64,000 nt of DNA from Parcubacteria group bacterium (GTDB taxonomy: Bacteria > Patescibacteriota > Minisyncoccia > Moranbacterales > UBA2206). Position 1 is the first letter of the stretch, and each line of letters opens with the position of its first letter. The translations under genes and the position numbers were made by a program. Where the stretch lies: assembly GCA_041659505.1 (NCBI GenBank), contig JBAZYF010000002.1, positions 115,966-179,965 on the forward strand, in the 5' to 3' direction. Below are positions 1 through 9,868 of the stretch, in pieces. The notes under the pieces were generated by a model. That model searched no databases. It was not told the DNA's origin and was given only the letters and a program-made list of their open reading frames with translations.

Positions 1-1517
1 CGCGTGGCAAAATTTTCCGAGAAAAACAATTGATTTTTTTCGTTTCCGCTCGGCTCGCCACCCTGTGCGTCAGCATAGTCCTTAATTTTTTTCCAAAAGT
101 CCCTCCGTGTTTCAATCTCGTTGATCTTAGGACGATAGCTGGAAAAACTCGCCCACATAGAATCGCTCGGATTCCACAGCGTCCGAAAAGATCCGGTTTG
201 CAAGAAAGTATAGTCACGAATTTTCACCTCATCGCCAGCCATTTTTTGTGGAGTGAAGATCGTAAACATCTCGCCGGTCAAGATCGGTCTTACATTCAAG
301 AGAAAAACAAGGCTTGCTCCGAAAAAGACAAAATATTTCAGGAATTTTTTTTGAGCAAAATTTTCAAAAAGATAACTGACAAAAGCGCCGATCAAAATCG
401 CATAGGCCAGGGCGATGGCGAAATAGAACTTGCTCGCTTCGCGAAAGGCATTGAAACCGGGAAAATGCTGATGCAACCAAACATAGGCGCTTTTTAGTGG
501 CAAGGCGTCTTGTTTAGAAAGAAACACAGCCACCAACGCGACAAAAAACCAAAAAACAATTTTCTTGTTTTTGCGTTGCCAATACGCTCCGAGCAATGCC
601 ATTAGCGGAATCAGCCAAAAATAAATTGGGATTTTTTGCGTATCAAACCATTTCGGCTCTCCGCCATTCCAAAAAGGATGAAACAGCGTCAACGCTTCTC
701 CCAGATCCAGCGAGTAATTATTCCCCACCAGACCACGCGCCAAAATATCATTACCTGCCAATGATCCCGTCACTGCCGTGGGCATGAGCCAGAAAAGGTT
801 AAGGAGCAAAATCAAGCTAAAAAAGAGTGCCAGCGCCAAAAAATTTTGGCGGAAAAACAGCTTCTTTCTTTCTCTCCCTTTTTGCATAAATAAAAACCAA
901 AACGGCACCGCCAGAATGATAAAAAACAAAATATAAAAAACCCGAAAATCATGCCCGCCAACCACGACACAAACCAACGCTGACGCGATCAGATTTTTCC
1001 ATCTTCCTGTATCAAAATAACGCCAAAAGAAAAACATCGCCAATGGCGCAAACGTTCCGGCGAGCGTCAAGGAAAAATGCCCCTGGGTGTTTATTGCCAG
1101 ATAATAGGTATTGCACGAAAAAACCAGCGCCGCCACAAACGCCCCGAACTTGTTTTGCAAAACCTGCTTGGCAAAGAGATAGCTGCATAGCGGAGTGAGA
1201 AAGGCGAACGGCCAAAAAATCACAAACTTATCTGCCACATTAGAATCAAGACCGAATGCACCAAAAAAGGCCGGAAAAATTTTCCATGCCCACATCCAAA
1301 TAAACAAATTCGACCCGCCCAAACTGATTTGCGAATCCCAAGCCGAGTAATGTAAAAAATCGCGCGAACTTTCCGAAAACCAAAACCAATAATCGGCATG
1401 GGAAAAAATGCCAAACGACAGCCATTGGTGATAGACAACAGCAGAAATCAAAAGCAAGACCCAGATCGGCCAATGTATTCTCCCCCAAGTTTTAATTTTT
1501 TCGAAGTATTTTTGCAT
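1..1517 (-). CDS. Large polytopic membrane protein, 3' end beyond window (GT-C/YfhO-like fold suspected; N-terminal ~12 TM region followed by extracytoplasmic domain)
   Basis: Manual translation of minus strand from ATG at 1517 (MQKYFEKIKTWGRIHWPIWVLLLISAVVYHQW...) stays open >500 codons to position 1 with repeated hydrophobic helices; not in ORF track because no stop inside window. Short track ORFs 1012..1215, 1220..1438, 1246..1488 are out-of-frame shadows. Confidence 0.6.
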   Translation of the reverse strand, partial: MQKYFEKIKTWGRIHWPIWVLLLISAVVYHQWLSFGIFSHADYWFWFSESSRDFLHYSAWDSQISLGGSNLFIWMWAWKIFPAFFGAFGLDSNVADKFVIFWPFAFLTPLCSYLFAKQVLQNKFGAFVAALVFSCNTYYLAINTQGHFSLTLAGTFAPLAMFFFWRYFDTGRWKNLIASALVCVVVGGHDFRVFYILFFIILAVPFWFLFMQKGRERKKLFFRQNFLALALFFSLILLLNLFWLMPTAVTGSLAGNDILARGLVGNNYSLDLGEALTLFHPFWNGGEPKWFDTQKIPIYFWLIPLMALLGAYWQRKNKKIVFWFFVALVAVFLSKQDALPLKSAYVWLHQHFPGFNAFREASKFYFAIALAYAILIGAFVSYLFENFAQKKFLKYFVFFGASLVFLLNVRPILTGEMFTIFTPQKMAGDEVKIRDYTFLQTGSFRTLWNPSDSMWASFSSYRPKINEIETRRDFWKKIKDYADAQGGEPSGNEKNQLFFSENFAT

Positions 1518-1671
1518 TTTTTGATTTCTACAGTAAGCCTCCCAACTTTCCTATTATACCAAGACATCCCTAAGCTGTCACTTTTTGCGCTAAATGCACA
1601 ATATTGAGATTATAAAAAATAGTTTCGTATTTTTTCTCTTAGTGTCATTATACTGATATAATAACACTAAA

Positions 1672-4323
1672 CTATTTTTGGGTCAAATTTTTTCGCTTTC
1701 GCCAATCATAACCCAGATAAACAATACACCCAAGCAACGTCGACAAAGATATTGCCAGCCCGACATAGAAAAGTCGCTGTGGCCAAAACTCCACTACCAT
1801 TTCAAAGTCGTAGGATCCGTCAGCGTTTTTAATGCATTTAACATTGCCATTGTCACAAATCTGATTCGTATCAATTACCCAAGAATTGGCATAGCCGTTG
1901 GCGGTGAGATGATTGGCATTGTTCTCAATCGGACGCCGAAACCAGGTCTCAAAAATATTACCATCGGGCAGATTATCATTCTGAATTGTCCCCTGAAAAT
2001 TCTTGGACACAAAATCAATATTATATTTTTCAACATAATCCGTCTGCTCTTCGCCGTCCACCCATTTCTTATGCTCAATCGCTTTCTCCCGCATATCCCC
2101 CAATGTAGTCACATAACCCTGATCAATATAACTTTGCATCTCATCAACATTAGCCTGATCATCCCCGTTCCCATCTAGGATTTTATAATTCCCCAGCGTG
2201 TCATTCCCGCGAAGGCGGGAATCTAGTCTTTGTCCTGGCGAAGCCAAATAGCCCTTCCATCCCTCATTAAACGATTCCGAAAACACCAACGGAAAAACTC
2301 CCGACGCACCGTGCACTCGCACTCGATATTTGGTTGGATTGATTTTTTTGAATTCCAATGTTGGCATCATCACCCCACCCTCATCTGCGCAAGGAGCAAC
2401 CGCATTAGCCTCTTGAATTTTTTTCAACAGGTCTTCTTTTCCAGCGTTCTGTCCAGCCAGAAACACGGCTGAACGAGTTTGCCACTCCAGACCAGAAAGA
2501 ATATTAGGAAGACTTTCTAGCGGACGGCCAGAAACGAGAGAATTTCGTGGAGTATAAAGATGCGGAAGAAATTGATCTTTTTTTAACTCATAAATCGACA
2601 GTTTTCCAATTTCAGTTTTATTCGTTAGAAAACTACTCTCATCCGCTCCAGTCAAAATAGCGTCTTGCCCGATAAAATTCACATCCGTTTTTTTCTTTTC
2701 CAGAAAATCGACACCCAGATCACTCCTGGCCACCAAAAACCCCACGCTCCGTGTATTTTCATAATTCAAAAATCGTTTGTCATCCGCAATTAAATAATTT
2801 TGCAACTGCTTGTTTAGTTTATCATTATAACTTTCGTCATAGCTAGCGTTATTAAAAAACATTTCCCGAGGAATAAAATAACTAAGTGGCTCTGGCATAT
2901 CATAATTCTGATTGGACCACTCAAATGTCTGATACCAACTCACAATAGGCATTATCTGTGCTTTACTGTCAATTTTCTTTTTTGAAATATACTCATTGAT
3001 CTGATAATAGTAACCAGGGATCTCGAATGGTCTATACAGAGGAAAAAGAAAAAAATACGGAATAAACTTAGCTAAAACGAGAATTGCAATGAAAGCAGAA
3101 AAAAATATTTTGTATTTTTTTCCCTTCAAAAAATCCAAAATATTTATAGACGAATAAGAAACAAAGACAATAAGAATTGGCAGAATCAAGCGATTGAATT
3201 TAAAATAGTCCCTAAAAAGCTTGAAACCTGGAACATGATTCCAAAAGATGCCAAAAATTCCCATAGGATTGTTTGGCCCCAATGAAAAAGTAAAAAAAAC
3301 AACATACAAAATCCATAAAACAATCAGCTGAATTTTTCTTTTTTGATTCTGGTCATTCTTAATAAAATAAATACTGAAAATTGCAAGCAAAACAAAAATG
3401 AAGGAAGCGCCCCTATCGAAAGAAGTGAATACCGCCGGATAAAACTTACCCGCATGATCACCGGTTGTTGAGAAAATAAAATCCAGAGAAGGTCTATTTA
3501 AATAGGTAGTAACATAGTTCAACACACTATCCGTGCTCGCACTATTTTCTGAATATTTAGCATAGTTAGATTTTTCAGTAAGTGCTGAATAGGCATTATT
3601 AAAAATCCAGTAGCTATTTAGAGCCAAAAATATAGCTGAAACTATTATAATATTTTTTAAAGTTAGCCAAATTTTTATTTTTTCTTTTACCGAAATATTT
3701 TTAATAAAAATCTCCACTAGTGAAAAAGAAAAGATAAAAATAATTGACAATAACATCGAATGAAAATCAATTGGAGCGAACAAGAGCACGGCGAGCAACA
3801 AAAACAAATAAAATTTATTTTTGGGACTATTCTTGAATCTTAAAAAATAATACACAGACATCACTAAAAAGAGTGTCCCCCAAATAATTGTCAGGTTGGA
3901 AATGAGCCAAGTCCTCACCATCTCATTGGCAATTACAAAAAAAGAAATTGTAGCGATGAGCCAACAATAGGAAGTTTTTTGCAAACCAAGAACTTCAATT
4001 ACTATTTTATAAGAAAAATAGATTATAGCGCAGAACGCCAATACTGCAGAAAATATACTTGTCATTGGAAATCCTGATAATTCGAAAATAACCTTTAACA
4101 AATTTGGAAATAATGAGGGAAAGAACACGCCTTGATTATCATTAAAACCTTCACTCCAAGAAAACAGGCTATGATGTAAGCTCTGGAGACTATTTATGCT
4201 AAATTGCGTATCTGAATTGCCAAATATGAAATGGTTTTGATAATTGACAAAAAACAATCCCCCCATGAGGATGATAAAAAATAGCTTTATTTTCAGATCT
4301 TTTCTAAAAAAACTTAACCCCAT
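1672..4323 (-). CDS. Large (883 aa) polytopic membrane protein, YfhO-like/GT-C-like architecture: N-terminal multi-TM block, big extracytoplasmic domain, single C-terminal TM
   Basis: ORF track; many hydrophobic segments in first ~430 aa, soluble domain, final TM (FYVGLAISLSTLLGCIVYLGY) then basic tail. Family assignment by architecture only. Confidence 0.6.
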   Translation of the reverse strand: MGLSFFRKDLKIKLFFIILMGGLFFVNYQNHFIFGNSDTQFSINSLQSLHHSLFSWSEGFNDNQGVFFPSLFPNLLKVIFELSGFPMTSIFSAVLAFCAIIYFSYKIVIEVLGLQKTSYCWLIATISFFVIANEMVRTWLISNLTIIWGTLFLVMSVYYFLRFKNSPKNKFYLFLLLAVLLFAPIDFHSMLLSIIFIFSFSLVEIFIKNISVKEKIKIWLTLKNIIIVSAIFLALNSYWIFNNAYSALTEKSNYAKYSENSASTDSVLNYVTTYLNRPSLDFIFSTTGDHAGKFYPAVFTSFDRGASFIFVLLAIFSIYFIKNDQNQKRKIQLIVLWILYVVFFTFSLGPNNPMGIFGIFWNHVPGFKLFRDYFKFNRLILPILIVFVSYSSINILDFLKGKKYKIFFSAFIAILVLAKFIPYFFLFPLYRPFEIPGYYYQINEYISKKKIDSKAQIMPIVSWYQTFEWSNQNYDMPEPLSYFIPREMFFNNASYDESYNDKLNKQLQNYLIADDKRFLNYENTRSVGFLVARSDLGVDFLEKKKTDVNFIGQDAILTGADESSFLTNKTEIGKLSIYELKKDQFLPHLYTPRNSLVSGRPLESLPNILSGLEWQTRSAVFLAGQNAGKEDLLKKIQEANAVAPCADEGGVMMPTLEFKKINPTKYRVRVHGASGVFPLVFSESFNEGWKGYLASPGQRLDSRLRGNDTLGNYKILDGNGDDQANVDEMQSYIDQGYVTTLGDMREKAIEHKKWVDGEEQTDYVEKYNIDFVSKNFQGTIQNDNLPDGNIFETWFRRPIENNANHLTANGYANSWVIDTNQICDNGNVKCIKNADGSYDFEMVVEFWPQRLFYVGLAISLSTLLGCIVYLGYDWRKRKNLTQK

Positions 4324-4345
4324 AATAGAAAATCAAAGTTTTGAT

Positions 4346-5059
4346 TTATTTTCTTATCTTAAAAGTCATAAAATGACTATGCGTTTTATCTATATTTCCA
4401 AACCAAGCTGGGAAAGGAAAATACCCAGCACCTGCAATATCCTCAACCCTGAAATCGTATGCCTCAAGATACTCCTTCAGCCCACGTATATTATAAATTC
4501 TAATATGCCCCCAATAATCTATCAACTTCATTTCAGCATGTAAAGAAAAAGGATTTCCTATGCCAGATTTTTTTTTCGAAAAATTAGTCAAAGAAAATAT
4601 TTGCCACCCCATCAAACTAGAAAAAACATTGCACCAACTGCTTGCATTTTCAGTACTTATTATCGCATACCCTCCTGGCTTTAAAATTCTATAAATTTCC
4701 GAGAGAAAGTTGTCTGAATTTGTTAAATGCTCAATAACTTGATTCGCATGAACTACATCGAAATAATTCGATTGCAAATCAAAGGCTCCGTTTAAGTCAA
4801 ACTTATATACACAAACTCCCCGCTCCTCAGCTAACTTTGCTTTTTTATCAGCTATTTCAACTCCGGATATATCATTAGTTTTAATTTTTTTGGCAATTAT
4901 TAGAGTTATGTTACCATCATCACAACCAAGATCGACAAACCTAGCTTCACTATTTAATTCGGCTAATTTTATTATATTTTTAAAATTAAAGCTTACAGCT
5001 TTTTCAAACATCTTCTCTGCCGTGCTCTTGAAACGCCCAATTATTTCTTGAAATATCAT
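4346..5059 (-). CDS. Class I SAM-dependent methyltransferase
   Basis: Motif I VDLGCDDG and post-I LKPGGYAIIST typical of Methyltransf_11/12 fold. Confidence 0.75.
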   Translation of the reverse strand: MIFQEIIGRFKSTAEKMFEKAVSFNFKNIIKLAELNSEARFVDLGCDDGNITLIIAKKIKTNDISGVEIADKKAKLAEERGVCVYKFDLNGAFDLQSNYFDVVHANQVIEHLTNSDNFLSEIYRILKPGGYAIISTENASSWCNVFSSLMGWQIFSLTNFSKKKSGIGNPFSLHAEMKLIDYWGHIRIYNIRGLKEYLEAYDFRVEDIAGAGYFPFPAWFGNIDKTHSHFMTFKIRK

Positions 5060-5070
5060 ACAATAATTAC

Positions 5071-5745
5071 TTAATTTAATTTTTTAACATTTATCAACTC
5101 AAATGCCACCCGAGGAAAATAATAAACGAAGATTTGACTGAAACTAGCACCAAAAAACCAAAATGGTTTTGGCCAAAATCTTATTGAAGTCATAAGATCA
5201 TCCCCCATTGTGTCACCCTGGACCTCTTGGCGTAAAAATTTCAAACCCGCCAAACCATGACTGTGATATCCGAGTTTTTTCATCTTATCATAATCCCAAC
5301 CAGATAGATGCATCTGTAATGGATTGTTGTCTACGGCCTTTTGCGCAACAAATCCATTCGGTGAAGAAACTATCACTTTTTTCCTTGCCCATTTTTCAGT
5401 TTTTTTCAAAATTTCCATTCCCACCTTTTCGGGTAAGTGCTCCAACACCTCAATCATAATCACTGCATCAAAGCTGTTTTCTGGGAACTCCAAGTCTTCA
5501 ATTTTTTTATCCAAATACTCACTATGAATATTTTTCTTTTTTGATTTCTCCAGATAAGGAGCAAACGCTTCCACGCCAACACTACGCGTTATGTTTTTGC
5601 AATATTGTAGCGGGGAATCCGGTCCGCAACCAAGATCCAAAACTGTTTCACAATCTTCCAACTCCTTCTGTAAATTATAAACCAGGGTATGCAAGACCCT
5701 AGAAATAATTTTATTATGGTATAATTTTTGAATAATTTTTTTCAT
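5071..5745 (-). CDS. Class I SAM-dependent methyltransferase
   Basis: Motif VLDLGCGPDS, acidic residue downstream, IMIEVLEHL motif. Confidence 0.7.
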   Translation of the reverse strand: MKKIIQKLYHNKIISRVLHTLVYNLQKELEDCETVLDLGCGPDSPLQYCKNITRSVGVEAFAPYLEKSKKKNIHSEYLDKKIEDLEFPENSFDAVIMIEVLEHLPEKVGMEILKKTEKWARKKVIVSSPNGFVAQKAVDNNPLQMHLSGWDYDKMKKLGYHSHGLAGLKFLRQEVQGDTMGDDLMTSIRFWPKPFWFFGASFSQIFVYYFPRVAFELINVKKLN

Positions 5746-5753
5746 GCATCTTT

Positions 5754-6782
5754 CTAATTGTTAAACTGGATACTTTTTAGCTGGTCAGCTATTATATTCA
5801 ATTTATACCAATCAACCAACGGAATCAAAATAAACCTTGGAGTAAGCACTGTCCCCAGCACGAAAAACCAAAATTTCAAATCAAGCACATTTTTTCTTCG
5901 CTCTCTTAATAAGATCTTTATTTCTCGCAAAAGTACGCCGGGCTTAGCATAATTTTTCAATTGAACTAGCCCCATAAAATTGGTCAAAATATGCTCCTCT
6001 CCCCACTTTCTTTGCTTTTCATATTCTTTTCCGGCAAACACCGTTCGATACATTTTGAGCCACGATTCGGTCGGAGAAAGATCATAAATCGAAGAAACCG
6101 ATCTGGTTTGACTGTCCATTATTCCAATTGCAACGGTATACTCCTTGAGAAATACACATTTATGTTTTCGCAGAATTCCCGCAAAAGGATAGATATGCGC
6201 CGGAAAACATTCATCATTAAAAGGTACTTCTAGTAATTCTCTGCGATAAGCCAACCCCGAGAGCTGACCAACTGATTCAAAAATTTTCATAAACTCCTTT
6301 TTGCCATCAAAAATCGAAATGACTTTAGTTTTATTTTCATCATATGGCAAAACCGCTCGCACCGGTTTTTTGATGTCTTTTTCAAACCAAAAATAAGGCC
6401 TCGTTACGACACCAATGTTCTCATCCAGGAGAAAGGCGTCATGCGTTTTTCGTAAAGCATCTTTGGCTAGTATATCATCTTGCGCCATCAAAAACAAGAT
6501 GTCGTTTTGTGCCCGCGAAACAATATTTTGCAGATTAACCGCATAGCCAAGATTCTTTTCGTTTTTATAATATTTAATTCTTGAATCATTGAAAGAATCG
6601 ATTACTTTTTTAGTTTTCTCAATCTCCTTTTTCGGCTCCGGCGGATTATCGTCGCCAATAATAATTTCAAAATTATCAAAATTCTCTTGCTCCAAGACAC
6701 TCCGAAGCATAATCCCAATCAAATGAGAGCTTTTATACACAGGGACACAGATGCTAAAACTGAAAGATTTATTATTCGACAT
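5754..6782 (-). CDS. Glycosyltransferase family 2
   Basis: N-terminal ICVPVYK...IIIGDDNPPE and DXD-like QDDD motifs of GT-A fold. Confidence 0.75.
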   Translation of the reverse strand: MSNNKSFSFSICVPVYKSSHLIGIMLRSVLEQENFDNFEIIIGDDNPPEPKKEIEKTKKVIDSFNDSRIKYYKNEKNLGYAVNLQNIVSRAQNDILFLMAQDDILAKDALRKTHDAFLLDENIGVVTRPYFWFEKDIKKPVRAVLPYDENKTKVISIFDGKKEFMKIFESVGQLSGLAYRRELLEVPFNDECFPAHIYPFAGILRKHKCVFLKEYTVAIGIMDSQTRSVSSIYDLSPTESWLKMYRTVFAGKEYEKQRKWGEEHILTNFMGLVQLKNYAKPGVLLREIKILLRERRKNVLDLKFWFFVLGTVLTPRFILIPLVDWYKLNIIADQLKSIQFNN

Positions 6783-7929
6783 TTTCTTGCAATATTCTCA
6801 AATGATTAAGAGCGATCGCATTCCAATCATATTTTTTCACAAAATTGCTAGCCTCAACAGCAATCTCACTTCGTTTATTCTCATTATCAAGCATTTCAAG
6901 AACTTTTAGAGAAAATAGTTCTACGTCATTTTCTTCCAGTTGTAAAGAAAAATTTTCAAAAATTTCCTGATACACTGACAGATTCCAGGAAATCACAGGC
7001 ACACCACAAGCCATCGCTTCTGCCACTGCGATACCGAAACCTTCTTCATGGCTGGGAAATAGAAAAATGCGACTGCGCTTGATGATAGAAAACGATTCAT
7101 CATTCTCCAGAAAACCCAACAGCTCAATATTTTCCCCCAACCCGGCGTCGGCTATTTTCCGTTTCATCTTTTCATTAATCTCGCTACTCCCACCCCCCAT
7201 AATCGCCAACCGCACCTTTGGTTTTTTTTCGACAACTTTTTTCCAGATATCAACCAAATCAAAAATTCCCTTGCTGGGATTCAATCGAGCCAAAAATGTT
7301 GCGTCATATTTTTTCGTATTTTCGCCAATTTTGAGATTTTGAAAATATTCAACATTGATTCCCGGAGTATTAACCGCAAATTTATCCGCGTTAAGTCCAA
7401 AACGCACCAATCCATCTTTAATTTGATAATTTATATTTATTATTTTATCGGCGCGTCTGCAAAGCATAAAGGAAAATTTCTGACAATACTGGGCGAAAAA
7501 ATTTCGCATCTTATTTCCTGGCCGTTTTCTCCAATCAGGATATATATGAAAAATGCATTGAAACCACACCGTCTTTGGATATAGGAGTTTATACAGAAAA
7601 GCAGGAATAACATCCGGAAAAAAATCCGATCCTACATAGAGTATATCAATGTTTTTTTTAAAAACAATACTGCTGGCATAAATCGTCCTCAATACATAGT
7701 TAAATGGTAGCCAGAGCTTATCAAAAAAATGCAAAGACAGGCCAAATTTTATATTTTTGACATCACTCTCGATGGATTTTTTTCCATCAATATTTGTAAT
7801 ACAATAGACCTGAGCGAATTCTTCTCTAACCCGTTTAAATATCTGAATCATCATTTGATCGCCCCCGCTCATCCCTCGGCCATTATTCCAAAACGCATTT
7901 AAAAGAAGAATGATGTTTTTTTTCTTCAT
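6772..7929 (-). CDS. Glycosyltransferase family 1 (GT4-like, GT-B fold)
   Basis: C-terminal EX7E-type motif FLFPSHEEGFGIAVAEAMACGVPVIS. Confidence 0.8.
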   Translation of the reverse strand: MKKKNIILLLNAFWNNGRGMSGGDQMMIQIFKRVREEFAQVYCITNIDGKKSIESDVKNIKFGLSLHFFDKLWLPFNYVLRTIYASSIVFKKNIDILYVGSDFFPDVIPAFLYKLLYPKTVWFQCIFHIYPDWRKRPGNKMRNFFAQYCQKFSFMLCRRADKIININYQIKDGLVRFGLNADKFAVNTPGINVEYFQNLKIGENTKKYDATFLARLNPSKGIFDLVDIWKKVVEKKPKVRLAIMGGGSSEINEKMKRKIADAGLGENIELLGFLENDESFSIIKRSRIFLFPSHEEGFGIAVAEAMACGVPVISWNLSVYQEIFENFSLQLEENDVELFSLKVLEMLDNENKRSEIAVEASNFVKKYDWNAIALNHLRILQENVE

Positions 7930-7933
7930 CTAA

Positions 7934-8911
7934 TTATTTCTTAGTTAATCTTTCCATATCGGCCTCCATCATCATCTTAACCAATTCCTCAAATTTCACT
8001 TGCGGCTTCCAGCCAAGTTTTTTTCTGGCCTTATCCGATTTCCCTTGCAGAGTGAAAAGCTCCGCCGGTCTTTTGAATCTTGGATCTAGCTTGACATATT
8101 TTTTCCAATCCTTAATTCCTACATGCTCAAAGGCAATATCCAAAAAATCACGGATTGAATGGGTTTCTCCGGTAGAAACAATATAGTTGTCCGGTTTTTC
8201 TTGTTGCAGCATTAGCCACATCGCCTCAACATAATCACCAGCAAAACCCCAGTCCCGTTTACTATCCAAATTTCCCAGTCTGATTTCGTTGGCCAGACCT
8301 AGTTTTATTCGTGCGACACCATCCGTTATTTTCCGAGTCACAAACTCAATCCCTCGGATCGGCGATTCGTGATTGAATAAAATTCCATTAGCGCAAAACA
8401 TCCCGTAACTTTCTTTGAAGTTTATCGCCATCCAATAGGCATATAGTTTCGCAATCGCATAAGGACTGCGCGGATGAAAAGGCGTTTCCTCTGTTTGGAT
8501 TCCCTCTTCGTGACTGTTGCCGAACATCTCACTTGTTGACGCTTGATAAAATTTAGCGTTTGGAGCAAAGTTTTTAATTGCGTTTAGGAGATATAGAACA
8601 CCTAATGCGTTTATTTCCGTAGTCAATCTCGCTTGATCCCAAGAAGCACCCACAAAGGATTGAGCGGCTAAATTATACACTTCGTTGGGATTGACGTTTT
8701 TTATAATATTAGTCAAAGAATTTTCATCAGTCATGTCACCGGAAACATATTCAATTTTTTCAGTGATTCCCAAATAATCTAAATTGGAAAAATTTGGATT
8801 AGTATAGCGTCGAATAAGCCCATAGACTTTATACTCTTTTTCCAAGAGTAACTTTGCCAGATATGGTCCGTCTTGGCCGATGATTCCTGTGATTAGTGCT
8901 GTTTTTTTCAT
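7934..8911 (-). CDS. gmd: GDP-mannose 4,6-dehydratase
   Basis: N-terminus KKTALITGIIGQDGPYLAKLLLEKEYKVYGLIRR matches Gmd signature (ITGxTGQDGSYLAElLLeKGYeVhG); SDR YxxxK present. Confidence 0.85.
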   Translation of the reverse strand: MKKTALITGIIGQDGPYLAKLLLEKEYKVYGLIRRYTNPNFSNLDYLGITEKIEYVSGDMTDENSLTNIIKNVNPNEVYNLAAQSFVGASWDQARLTTEINALGVLYLLNAIKNFAPNAKFYQASTSEMFGNSHEEGIQTEETPFHPRSPYAIAKLYAYWMAINFKESYGMFCANGILFNHESPIRGIEFVTRKITDGVARIKLGLANEIRLGNLDSKRDWGFAGDYVEAMWLMLQQEKPDNYIVSTGETHSIRDFLDIAFEHVGIKDWKKYVKLDPRFKRPAELFTLQGKSDKARKKLGWKPQVKFEELVKMMMEADMERLTKK

Positions 8912-8957
8912 ATTATCATGTATTGTCTATTATTATACCACCCTACTAAAAATTCAC

Positions 8958-9857
8958 CTAAGTCTTCCCGCTAAAAAAATACCTCCACCCATCCCAAAAA
9001 CCTCTCCAATAAATTTTCATCAACTCCGGCCGGCCGGATTTTAGCATCAGGAAAGAATAAGCCAAAGGCCAAAACCAGGAGAAAACCAGCATAAACACCA
9101 GTTTATGATACCAGGCGCCATAGCGCAAAATGATAATGATTCGGTTGCGCATCAGATAATACGCCTTGTCATTATTGAACTGCCCGACCAGCGTCCTTGT
9201 TCCGTGCAGATCTTTTTGGGCAATGTTGTGATAGGTTTTCGCCTCAGGGATCATCCCGCACTTGAAACCGAATTTTCTAGCATTGAACGCAAAGTCCGGT
9301 TCCGTATAATCATTTTTCAGTTTTTCATCAAAATAGCCGGCCGTTTCAAAAACGGTTCTGCGCACCAAAAAAACATTCGGCACACCATCGCTGTCAAAAA
9401 CTTTTTGGGGAGGATTATTTTTTCTGCCAAAAGTCATTCCGGTAAAAAAGTTAATTTCCTGAAAATCCAAATAGTTTTCTTTGTTGTGCCACCAATACAT
9501 CGCCGGCCCCACAATGCCATATTCCGGATTATTTTCCGCAAAATCAAAAAGTGTTTGAAACATTTTCACGTCTAAAATATTATCATCATCGACAAACACG
9601 ACATATTTCCCTTGTGTCGCTCGCGCGCCGATATTTCTTGATTTCACCACCAAACAGTTCTGCGGATTGTGGATGATTTGACTGTTTACAACCGACAAAT
9701 CCTCCGCCACTATTTCTTCCGTCCCGTCACTAGAATTGTCATCCACCACAATCAACTCCCAAGCAATACCCGAAAAATCCGCTTTTTTGATGGAAGCGAC
9801 GCATGCCAAAAGTTGCTCCTTTCTATTGTAAGTTGTAATAATAATTGATACATCCAT
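8958..9857 (-). CDS. Glycosyltransferase family 2
   Basis: IIITTYNR...VVDDNSSDGT...FVDDDN motifs; clear paralog of 18205..19143. Confidence 0.75.
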   Translation of the reverse strand: MDVSIIITTYNRKEQLLACVASIKKADFSGIAWELIVVDDNSSDGTEEIVAEDLSVVNSQIIHNPQNCLVVKSRNIGARATQGKYVVFVDDDNILDVKMFQTLFDFAENNPEYGIVGPAMYWWHNKENYLDFQEINFFTGMTFGRKNNPPQKVFDSDGVPNVFLVRRTVFETAGYFDEKLKNDYTEPDFAFNARKFGFKCGMIPEAKTYHNIAQKDLHGTRTLVGQFNNDKAYYLMRNRIIIILRYGAWYHKLVFMLVFSWFWPLAYSFLMLKSGRPELMKIYWRGFWDGWRYFFSGKT

Positions 9858-9868
9858 AATAGCAAATC

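Noticed and set aside
30-497. + strand ORFs (30..497, 596..787, 1398..1607) and many others antisense to long minus-strand genes (e.g. 1678..2178, 9105..9575, 10959..11522, 13722..14114, 14712..15176, 22487..22918, 34397..34888, 49115..49708)
   Set aside because: Low-complexity junk-like translations lying entirely inside better-supported genes on the opposite strand; shadow ORFs.
1195-1265. Apparent frame breaks in the 1..1517 membrane-protein gene when read base-by-base
   Set aside because: Breaks coincide with line-boundary homopolymers and are inconsistent with the supplied ORF track, whose frames imply a continuous reading frame; treated as my reading error, not a pseudogene.
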